Shown: positions 9,403-15,839 of the stretch, piece after piece
Layout of the letters: each line of letters opens with the position of its first letter
Numbering within the stretch: position 1 is the first letter of the stretch
IMG/VR virus record: IMGVR_UViG_3300020045_008364
Span: 1 to 27,300 of that record
Reading direction: 5' to 3' (one strand)
Source of the DNA: a virus
Lineage: Duplodnaviria; Caudoviricetes
DNA length: 27,300 bases
The notes under the pieces: generated by a model
The model's input: only the letters and a program-made list of their open reading frames with translations
The model's database searches: none
What the model was told of the DNA's origin: nothing
Program-made: the position numbers and the translations under genes

Positions 9403-9810
9403 CCCATTCGAAAGACGCAGCAGCACATCGGCATGGCACGGCTTATTTAATGAGCAAAAACATGATAGATTTTTACCTTTAAGAATTGAATAATCTGGAA
9501 TTTTTGGTAACCAATTAGGTAATTTACCAGTAATCCATTGTTCGTATAATTCAACAATGTCATTAATTGTGAACCCACCCGAAACACTCCAATAACACCA
9601 GGGATCACCTACTATCTTATTTGGTTTAAAATATAATATCCAATCATCAGGAGTTAATTTAAACGGATTGCCAAACTTTGTCGGTCTGCCAACATAAATA
9701 GTATTTTCAGGTGTTTTATATCCTTTAGCCCTCGAACGCTGAAAACGAACGGGTGCTAACACACGGTTAGCGCAATTGCCGTTTTTGTGGGTATTTGAAG
9801 TTTCTGCCAT
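9397..9810 (-). CDS. Cassette 2 DUF4326-family protein
   Basis: YVGRPTKFGNPF and LKGKNLSCFC...PCHADVL motifs; starts inside attC2 and stops at the TAA within the GTTA core. Confidence 0.85.
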   Translation of the reverse strand: MAETSNTHKNGNCANRVLAPVRFQRSRAKGYKTPENTIYVGRPTKFGNPFKLTPDDWILYFKPNKIVGDPWCYWSVSGGFTINDIVELYEQWITGKLPNWLPKIPDYSILKGKNLSCFCSLNKPCHADVLLRLSNGC

Positions 9811-9883
9811 TTTATTAAGTTATTTATAGTTTGATAATTAAGTGCTATTTAGTCGGCAACTTCGCCAACCGTCAACGTTAGCC
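9754..9883 (+). repeat. attC-like site 2 (130 bp)
   Basis: TGCTAAC; arm ACGGTTAGCGCAATTGCCG (9763-9781) pairs with CGGCAACTTCGCCAACCGT (9854-9872); then CAAC-GTTAGCC. Confidence 0.85.
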
Positions 9884-9889
9884 ACAATA

Positions 9890-10414
9890 CTACGAGCGTA
9901 CCATCTTTGACAGTTGTTCTGTAATATCAATTTCTAATTCTATTTTTTGAGATATATTCATTTCTTCACAGATAATGTATGCTGGTAAATTAAACAGCTT
10001 GCTTTCAGCAAAAATATGAACACCATCTCTAAGTGGGGTGTCTAATCGACCATCTCTGAAATGCGATTTAAAAGTTCCATCACCACCATTTGATGTTGTT
10101 TGTGAAATTGGAATAAACAGCATTGTGTCATTATGTGTTTCAGCATAATGTTTGTAAACAATGCCGTAATGCCAAAGAACATTATACCAATTGTCGTCAC
10201 CTCTCCAATTTTTTACACGCTTAAATCTCATTTCTAAACGTGGTACTGGTAGTTTTTTCTGCAATTCACTTTCTTTAAAATATTCGTGCATTTGATACTC
10301 TAATTTTTGTAAATCAGAGTTTTTTTCGAGAGCTTCAATTTTTTCTTGCAACTCTTCAATTTTTGTTTCTTTTTCTTCAATTGTTTCGTTCAATCTTTCT
10401 TCTAATGTTTTCAT
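9890..10414 (-). CDS. Cassette 3 hypothetical protein with N-terminal coiled coil (174 aa)
   Basis: Single ORF between GTTAGCCAC (9877) and GTGGCTAAC (10460). Confidence 0.75.
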   Translation of the reverse strand: MKTLEERLNETIEEKETKIEELQEKIEALEKNSDLQKLEYQMHEYFKESELQKKLPVPRLEMRFKRVKNWRGDDNWYNVLWHYGIVYKHYAETHNDTMLFIPISQTTSNGGDGTFKSHFRDGRLDTPLRDGVHIFAESKLFNLPAYIICEEMNISQKIELEIDITEQLSKMVRS

Positions 10415-10453
10415 AATAATATGATTTTAAAATAATTACTAAATAAGTACTGT

Positions 10454-10581
10454 GGCTAACAATGTGTATAATTAATTGGGGTTGCAGTGCTGTTTTCAGT
10501 GTTCTACCTCGCCAGTAGTTCAGTATATTTTGATAGGGAGTGCCACGTAATCCCCAACTAATCATACACGAACCGTTACCG
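10454..10581 (+). repeat. attC-like site 3 (128 bp)
   Basis: GGCTAAC; arm GTGTATAATTAATTGGGG (10464-10481) pairs with CCCCAACTAATCATACAC (10552-10569); then GAACC-GTTACCG. Confidence 0.85.
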
Positions 10582-11316
10582 GTAATGCTCCAGCACTCCG
10601 ATCAATTGTTTTCCTATATAATTAGTAAAGGCTGGTGGAATTGCCTGAGATAATTCGGCTTGCCCCATCCAATCAATATCCATGCTTTTTGAAACAAAAT
10701 CAACGCCTGAAAAATGACCGGTGGCGGCCGCATAATGCTTGTTTTCATCAGGTTTTCTGCCATGTTTTACAACTCGTTTCATGTGCTGGCATCTCATTTC
10801 CCAAGGGTTAATATTTATTGTCCAGTTTGTTTCAAAAAGTCTGTGCCTTATAATATTTAAACCAAACATAGTTCCGCATAACATAAATGGTTTATTAAGC
10901 GGTGCGCCTGGTACATTTTCAATTATAAAAAGCTTGCCTGTTTTTATTAGCAAATCTCTCAATTCTCCAATTTGGTCAGGCCAATTTTCATTAGTTCCGG
11001 CAGTTTTAGTAATTGAACTATATCTTTTACAAATAGGCCCAGCATGTATAGCGTCGAATTGACTTATAAAATCAATATCTTTTAAAGCATTGAAGAAATC
11101 ACCTTTTATAAATTCCATGTAATTTGGAAATTTTGGCTGCTCTTCAATGTCTAACCCAGTCACTTTAAACCCTGCATCATAATAGCCTTTAGAACTTCCA
11201 CCAGCCTTACACCCACAGTCCAGCAAACGAAAAGCACTACCGGTAACATGCGGTAATACGCAAACCGGGGTTTCGTTCTCGTTGGATAAGGTATTTATGT
11301 GCAAAATTTCGTTCAT
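10576..11316 (-). CDS. Cassette 4 short C5-cytosine DNA methyltransferase-like protein
   Basis: LLDCGCKAGG (motif I-like), GLDI, HAGPIC (PC motif variant), IIENVPGA (ENV), LCGTMFGL, RHRLFE, QAIPPAFT (motif X-like). Confidence 0.75.
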   Translation of the reverse strand: MNEILHINTLSNENETPVCVLPHVTGSAFRLLDCGCKAGGSSKGYYDAGFKVTGLDIEEQPKFPNYMEFIKGDFFNALKDIDFISQFDAIHAGPICKRYSSITKTAGTNENWPDQIGELRDLLIKTGKLFIIENVPGAPLNKPFMLCGTMFGLNIIRHRLFETNWTININPWEMRCQHMKRVVKHGRKPDENKHYAAATGHFSGVDFVSKSMDIDWMGQAELSQAIPPAFTNYIGKQLIGVLEHYR

Positions 11317-11371
11317 CGTATAAAGTTTTTCTGTAATTAATCCCGGTCAGCGCATACCGCCAACGTTAGGC
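11241..11371 (+). repeat. attC-like site 4 (131 bp)
   Basis: CGGTAAC; arm GCGGTAATACGCAAACCGGG (11250-11269) pairs with CCCGGTCAGCGCATACCGC (11342-11360) with one extra base; then CAAC-GTTAGGC. Confidence 0.85.
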
Positions 11372-11557
11372 AACATAAAGAGACCAGCCGTCATTTAGAT
11401 AGTCTTTTCCTTTTGCCCACTCATCTGCGAAGATTTTACAACCATCTTCAAAAATGATTTTATTGCCTTGCATTGTCAAATACTCATATTTTGTAAAGTA
11501 TTGGTGTGTAACCTTAATACCTTTCCTTGCTTGTTCTTTTGCTTCCTCAAATGTCAT
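11366..11557 (-). CDS. Cassette 5 small phage protein (63 aa), weak DUF2829/Tad2-like N-terminus
   Basis: MTFEEA...GIKV...GW pattern; stop is the TAA of the GTTA core. Confidence 0.65.
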   Translation of the reverse strand: MTFEEAKEQARKGIKVTHQYFTKYEYLTMQGNKIIFEDGCKIFADEWAKGKDYLNDGWSLYVA

Positions 11558-11575
11558 AGTTTAAAAATTTACGTT

Positions 11576-11643
11576 GCCTAACACTAAATATAAAATATAC
11601 GGGTGTTAGTGCGTGTTTGATCGGTATTACCTTTAATTAAGTG
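11576..11643 (+). repeat. Truncated attC-like site 5 (left half only)
   Basis: GCCTAAC-A followed by ATAAAATATACGGG...TAGTGC resembling the left arm of attC1; no complementary right arm found. Confidence 0.6.
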
Positions 11644-11645
11644 TC

Positions 11646-11740
11646 GTGTAACACGTGCTATACGTCAGTTTTGCATTAACCTTTTCGGTAACTTGACAAT
11701 TACTACAAGCAAAACCGAACGCATAGCACCACCGTTTTAT
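11646..11740 (+). repeat. Terminal, shorter attC-like site 6
   Basis: GTGTAAC; arm GTGCTATACGTCAGTTTTGC (11655-11674) pairs with GCAAAACCGAACGCATAGCAC (11709-11729); CACC-GTT at 11734 abuts the stop of the HTH gene. Confidence 0.75.
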
Positions 11741-11967
11741 AATCCGCAAATATCATCCGCCGTACATTTAAGTTCTCGGCAAATTATAACCATAGCCTCC
11801 TGACTTAGTGTTTTTGTTTTACCTGTATACAGATTCTTTAAATTTTCTGTTTTTGTTCGCTTTGAACTTTCTGCCCACAGTTTTTCAGATAATCCGTTTT
11901 CAATTTCTTTAATTAATACGCCTTCCTTGATGGCCTTTAATTTAACTAATTCTTTTATATTAAACAT
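11737..11967 (-). CDS. Cro/C1-type HTH regulator
   Basis: 76 aa; NLYTGKTKTLS...IICRELKCTADDI is a typical XRE-family C-terminus; lies near the start of the early operon. Confidence 0.7.
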   Translation of the reverse strand: MFNIKELVKLKAIKEGVLIKEIENGLSEKLWAESSKRTKTENLKNLYTGKTKTLSQEAMVIICRELKCTADDICGL

Positions 11968-12091
11968 TTTTAAAAATTTTATTATATCCTTCTATCAATT
12001 CTCTATTTTTTAAAATGATTCTATCGCATTCGTTCAGTGTACGCTTGCTAGTTTCTATCATTTTTTTAATATTGTTTATACGAGTAATCAT
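11960..12091 (-). CDS. Possible 43-aa protein
   Basis: MITRINNIKKMIETSKR...FLKNV*; begins just downstream of the putative promoter and overlaps the HTH gene start. Confidence 0.45.
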   Translation of the reverse strand: MITRINNIKKMIETSKRTLNECDRIILKNRELIEGYNKIFKNV

Positions 12092-12109
12092 AAACGTTTT
12101 TTATATATT

Positions 12110-12150
12110 ATACTACAAATCTACAAAAATGTTTTGTTATTATGCTAAAA
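12110..12150 (-). promoter_or_regulatory. Bacteroidota primary-sigma promoter for the early operon
   Basis: Minus strand TAGATTTG at 12123-12116 matches the -7 consensus TAnnTTTG; an imperfect -33 (TTAG) lies about 21 bp upstream; intergenic position after a terminator. Confidence 0.6.
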
Positions 12151-12180
12151 TTTATAGATTATTTTTTAAAATTTATATAA

Positions 12181-12220
12181 ACAAAAAAGCCTGAAAATAA
12201 TTCCAGGCTTTTAATTTTTT
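12181..12220 (-). terminator. Rho-independent terminator ending the late operon
   Basis: Minus strand AAAAGCCTGGAA-ttat-TTTCAGGCTTTTTTGTTT just after the stop of 12222..12593; T-tracts on both strands. Confidence 0.8.
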
Positions 12221-12221
12221 A

Positions 12222-12593
12222 TTAGGCGGACCTTCGTTTCATCTCAACTGCAATCAGGTCGACAAACAAATCCGCTATTTTACGGGCGATCCGTTGCTCA
12301 TCCGTCTCATCAACATTTTTAATGTCAATGATATAATTTAAGGCATCTGTAGCCCTCTGAGCAGCTTCATTGTACTTTCCTTGCAAAGCCAAATCACCGG
12401 CTTCCCTAAGAGGGATTTTTACAGTATCAACAATCTCATCAGCAACGTTATTGTCCAGTACCGGTACAAGCACCTGAATGGCCAAATCACTAGCACCTTC
12501 AACGATGGCGTTTTTAGGATTAATCAAACGATCTAACCCTTCAACTACAACTTCTTCAAGTTGTTTACTTAATAAACCTTTTTCTTCACTCAT
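12222..12593 (-). CDS. Hypothetical protein (123 aa)
   Basis: Last ORF before the terminator. Confidence 0.75.
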   Translation of the reverse strand: MSEEKGLLSKQLEEVVVEGLDRLINPKNAIVEGASDLAIQVLVPVLDNNVADEIVDTVKIPLREAGDLALQGKYNEAAQRATDALNYIIDIKNVDETDEQRIARKIADLFVDLIAVEMKRRSA

Positions 12594-12610
12594 TTTTTTA
12601 AATTTAGTTA

Positions 12611-12880
12611 TTATTTTTTCTTGTAACCTCCATCAACAGGAAGTTTTGAAATTCCTAAAGCTGTTAACCCTAATGATAACAAATTTACCCCAATGGCAGC
12701 TAATCCAACCGGCATGGTGGCGGGGAAGAACACACAAGCTAATTTTATTACAAGTCCTATCCCGGCTGCACCTAAACCAACTTTTTGAATCGGTTTAAAA
12801 TAATCAGGACTGGGTTGTTGTAACCTTTGAACTGTTTCAGTTTGCTGGATTTTCGAAACTAAGTTTTTAATCGTTTTCAT
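12611..12880 (-). CDS. Putative holin (two TM segments)
   Basis: SPDYFKPIQKVGL followed by two hydrophobic helices and a basic C-terminus; end of the late operon. Confidence 0.6.
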   Translation of the reverse strand: MKTIKNLVSKIQQTETVQRLQQPSPDYFKPIQKVGLGAAGIGLVIKLACVFFPATMPVGLAAIGVNLLSLGLTALGISKLPVDGGYKKK

Positions 12881-13296
12881 TATATTTTTATTTTATGAAA
12901 TAAGTCAATCAATGTATTAATGACTGAAGAACCTACAACCACCCCAGCCACTATCCAGCCAATATATTTCAATATTTGAAGAGTGATAGAGGTATTTTTT
13001 AAATCCGGGTTTCTGGATAAAAATCGTTCCTTTTCAGTTGTATCCTCCAAATTCTTCACTTTCCTCTCAACCTCCATAATAGGACAATTATAATGACGTT
13101 CTTTTAAAATCTTTAAATCCTGTTTCATTTCTGAGTGTGAATTTAAAGCCTTAGCAACCTCACCCTCAAGGAAAGTTTTGTTTTCCTTGAGTTTAGTATC
13201 AATCCTTTGCATATCCTGTGTATGGGTTGAAATAAAAGCCCCCAACTGTCCTTCCAATCTACCCACAATTAATTCGATGTTTTCCATTGTTGTCAT
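12880..13296 (-). CDS. Coiled-coil protein with C-terminal TM segment (lysis-module associated)
   Basis: Hydrophobic C-terminal IGWIVAGVVVGSSVI; coupled to the holin-like gene. Confidence 0.6.
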   Translation of the reverse strand: MTTMENIELIVGRLEGQLGAFISTHTQDMQRIDTKLKENKTFLEGEVAKALNSHSEMKQDLKILKERHYNCPIMEVERKVKNLEDTTEKERFLSRNPDLKNTSITLQILKYIGWIVAGVVVGSSVINTLIDLFHKIKI

Positions 13297-13349
13297 TTTA
13301 GGTAATAATATAATGGTTGGATGAATAAATATAGTAAAAATTTTTCGTA

Positions 13350-14558
13350 TTATTTGGGAACTATTTGAATTTCATATCTATCCTTGGATATACATGAGTT
13401 CAAATAATCTTTCAAAAGTTTAGCCACCCCAACAGTATCATATTTGATTTGTTTATATTCCACTGTATCATAATATGGAATTGTATCATAATAGGGAATT
13501 GGTTCAGTAATTGTACCGGACGCAGGGTCAATCCGGTTTACAGAATATGCTGGAATTTTACTGTAGAAATTAAATACAGTAGCTAATGAAGGATTTGTGT
13601 AAAAAATATTATTATAAATGGAATCACCCACAGCGGAACCCCATAGATATTTAATACCCCCATTTGTGAAGGTATTATCATATATTACATTATGCCAAGC
13701 ATCATTCAGATATATACATTCTGATTGTCCAATAAAATCATTTCCGAAAGCCTTTAAATAACACGGTTTTGCGTCACGTTCATAGATGGCGTTAGCTCCG
13801 TTTATGAATATGTTATTATATATTAAAAATTTGTTTTTAGGTTTTAAATACATCCCTGAATTTGACAATTCCCCCACTCGGCTTTTCCTTGCTATTACTA
13901 CGTTATCATGATAATCAAGAGTACCCATCACATAATCATTGGAACCTACGATTGTACAAAATTTATGAACTGAAGTGGAATGATCCATTAAACAATGATG
14001 AATATGAATATTATTTTGCCGATAGGCAAGTTGAATACAATCCCCTCCACCTTCGGCCTGCCACATATTTGGATTTGTAAACGAGCTATATGAAATATCC
14101 CAATCATTTGTATTTTGACCGTAAATATTATCATCATAAGTACTATCTATAGAACAATACTTAATTATTATTTTTGAATTAAATCCTTGGAAAGCCCTGA
14201 TGCCCCACTTTGTTTTTTTTATTTTGCAATTTAAAATTGAAACGGTTCCGGAGTCTGAAATATAAATGCCTGTTGTAGTTGTTAATCCGGGAGCTGGTTT
14301 AATATCTAACCCTTCAATGATTACATCTCTGGTTCCGTATATTCTAAGCACGTGAGAATCAGCGTTACCTATCCAAATTATTTTCTGAGCAGGAATATAG
14401 TCGTAATCGTTTCTTACTATCAAGCTTGTCGACGTGTACAAAACGTCATCAACGAAGTAATAGCTTTCAGAAATAGGTTTAAAAGTTTTCCAATCAAGTT
14501 TTTGACCGAATCCCAGCATCGGGATAATAAGCAAAATAAACAGTACATTTTTTTTCAT
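13350..14558 (-). CDS. Secreted right-handed beta-helix (pectate-lyase-fold) protein, possible depolymerase
   Basis: Signal peptide MKKNVLFILLIIPMLGFG; Asn/Ile-rich repeats (GIYI, DNIY, GDCIQL, IYNNIF, IYDNTF). Confidence 0.75.
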   Translation of the reverse strand: MKKNVLFILLIIPMLGFGQKLDWKTFKPISESYYFVDDVLYTSTSLIVRNDYDYIPAQKIIWIGNADSHVLRIYGTRDVIIEGLDIKPAPGLTTTTGIYISDSGTVSILNCKIKKTKWGIRAFQGFNSKIIIKYCSIDSTYDDNIYGQNTNDWDISYSSFTNPNMWQAEGGGDCIQLAYRQNNIHIHHCLMDHSTSVHKFCTIVGSNDYVMGTLDYHDNVVIARKSRVGELSNSGMYLKPKNKFLIYNNIFINGANAIYERDAKPCYLKAFGNDFIGQSECIYLNDAWHNVIYDNTFTNGGIKYLWGSAVGDSIYNNIFYTNPSLATVFNFYSKIPAYSVNRIDPASGTITEPIPYYDTIPYYDTVEYKQIKYDTVGVAKLLKDYLNSCISKDRYEIQIVPK

Positions 14559-14560
14559 AA

Positions 14561-14758
14561 TTATAATAAATTTTCGTTCTTAAAATATTCAGGATATTTC
14601 ATTTTTAAAAACTCATCGTAATGTAATACTGATTGTGAGGCATCAAGTCCGGCACAGAAACAACTCATAAAATAATCGTGATTAAATTTTACAGTATCTA
14701 AATATTTAGGCTGTAATTGCTTTTTCACTTCTTCTAAAAACATTTCAAAGTATGACAT
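14561..14758 (-). CDS. Hypothetical protein (65 aa)
   Basis: Tightly packed in the operon. Confidence 0.6.
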   Translation of the reverse strand: MSYFEMFLEEVKKQLQPKYLDTVKFNHDYFMSCFCAGLDASQSVLHYDEFLKMKYPEYFKNENLL

Positions 14759-14761
14759 ATA

Positions 14762-15271
14762 TTATTCTGTTAAAAATCCGATTAAAATTATCAAACAGGA
14801 AACAATCTCTATCCAGGTTGTATGATTTTTTACTCCCTTCTTTACGATCGGAATAGGCATAATTATAAAAGCAGCAAGTAAAAATCCAACTGCGAAATAC
14901 ATGAAGTGTGAACTAAAGAAATTCTGCCAGTCAATTTTTACAACCATAGCCGCAAATCCAAGGACTATTCCACCGCTTGCACCAATTACATGATTCCGGC
15001 TCTGGATAGCATCATTCTTAGTATTCGGAGTAAAGAACACAACGAGAATAAAAATTGCTGAGAACATTAATAAAGTCGAATAGCTTTTCGCGTAATAAAT
15101 AATCGGAACAGTTAACCCGACTATGAAAAGTTGAAATATAAATCCAAGCTTTTCGTCCCTGAGTGGGTAATAAGTATCTGATATTGATTTCCTCATCCCT
15201 ACTTTTAAATAGGCAAAAATGCAATACGAGATTAATACAAATAGACTAATTATTATAAGGTACTTTTCCAT
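14762..15271 (-). CDS. Multi-pass membrane protein (about six TM)
   Basis: Hydrophobic segments throughout; SISDTYY, H..GA and WIE motifs. Confidence 0.75.
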   Translation of the reverse strand: MEKYLIIISLFVLISYCIFAYLKVGMRKSISDTYYPLRDEKLGFIFQLFIVGLTVPIIYYAKSYSTLLMFSAIFILVVFFTPNTKNDAIQSRNHVIGASGGIVLGFAAMVVKIDWQNFFSSHFMYFAVGFLLAAFIIMPIPIVKKGVKNHTTWIEIVSCLIILIGFLTE

Positions 15272-15839
15272 ACTTCTTATTTTTTATGAGTAAGTAATTT
15301 ACGTGAAAATAAACTGAGCCGATTGTTTCTTCGCTTACGAGTTCCGGCCTTGTCTTTAAATTTGCTATCCCAGAAATACTTAACCGGTCTGTTAAATGTA
15401 ATCTTGATTCAAGGTTACATCCGACTGACTGTACTATCTGACCTTGGTTCCAAATACGGGTTGTTTCAATACCTGCCAGGAAGGCTAACTTTCGGTCGAT
15501 TATTTTGTAGTTTAATCCTGCTCCTAACCCGGTGTATTCAGCCCACTCAAAACGCTCTACCACTATTTCAGGTTCAAATCTGCCTATACTGTAGTAAAAC
15601 CGTTGTCTGAAGTCTAACTTTAATTCGCTCATCATTTTTGCATCTACACCGGAGCTGACAGTTAGTCCGTAGTATTCCGTGTAATCCTTATCCCAATAAT
15701 GAGCGTAAGCAGGAATTGATAAGATAGCCGCAATTCCTGAGTAATACGTAAACTTCCACGCATTCGTAGAAAAGAAATCCTGAGCCTGTAATGTACAGGC
15801 CAGGATTAAGGTTATTATTGTTAGTTTTATTCTTATCAT
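15246..15839 (-). CDS. Exported protein, possible outer-membrane beta-barrel
   Basis: Signal peptide ending LQA-Q; alternating strands YTGLGAGLNY, VGCNLESRL, GSVYFHVNY. Confidence 0.55.
   Translation of the reverse strand: MIRIKLTIITLILACTLQAQDFFSTNAWKFTYYSGIAAILSIPAYAHYWDKDYTEYYGLTVSSGVDAKMMSELKLDFRQRFYYSIGRFEPEIVVERFEWAEYTGLGAGLNYKIIDRKLAFLAGIETTRIWNQGQIVQSVGCNLESRLHLTDRLSISGIANLKTRPELVSEETIGSVYFHVNYLLIKNKKYGKVPYNN

Larger units (their letters stand above)
8053..11740. mobile_element. Integron-like element: integrase, attI-like site and five gene cassettes
   Basis: Integrase points away from a GTT site at 8938, followed by alternating single ORFs and TAAC-hairpin-GTTA sites; the two ends of each cassette are complementary. 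Confidence 0.85.

Noticed and set aside
10377-10565. 62-aa minus-strand ORF across attC-like site 3
   Set aside because: It lies mostly within the recombination site and overlaps the real cassette gene in another frame; probably incidental.
8938-11582. Shufflon/invertible segments or MITEs as an explanation of the 15-bp inverted repeats
   Set aside because: Each repeat pair is unique to its unit rather than shared, all ORFs have one orientation, and no target-site duplications or transposase are seen; the interleaved hairpins fit cassettes better. Inversion is not formally excluded.
8938-11740. CRISPR array, or plain terminators, as an explanation of the repeats
   Set aside because: The units are not identical direct repeats, the intervals are whole genes, the arms are about 70 nt apart and lack U-tracts, and no cas genes are present.
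12222-13296. Endolysin in the lysis region
   Set aside because: No amidase, peptidase or muramidase motifs were recognised in these ORFs.
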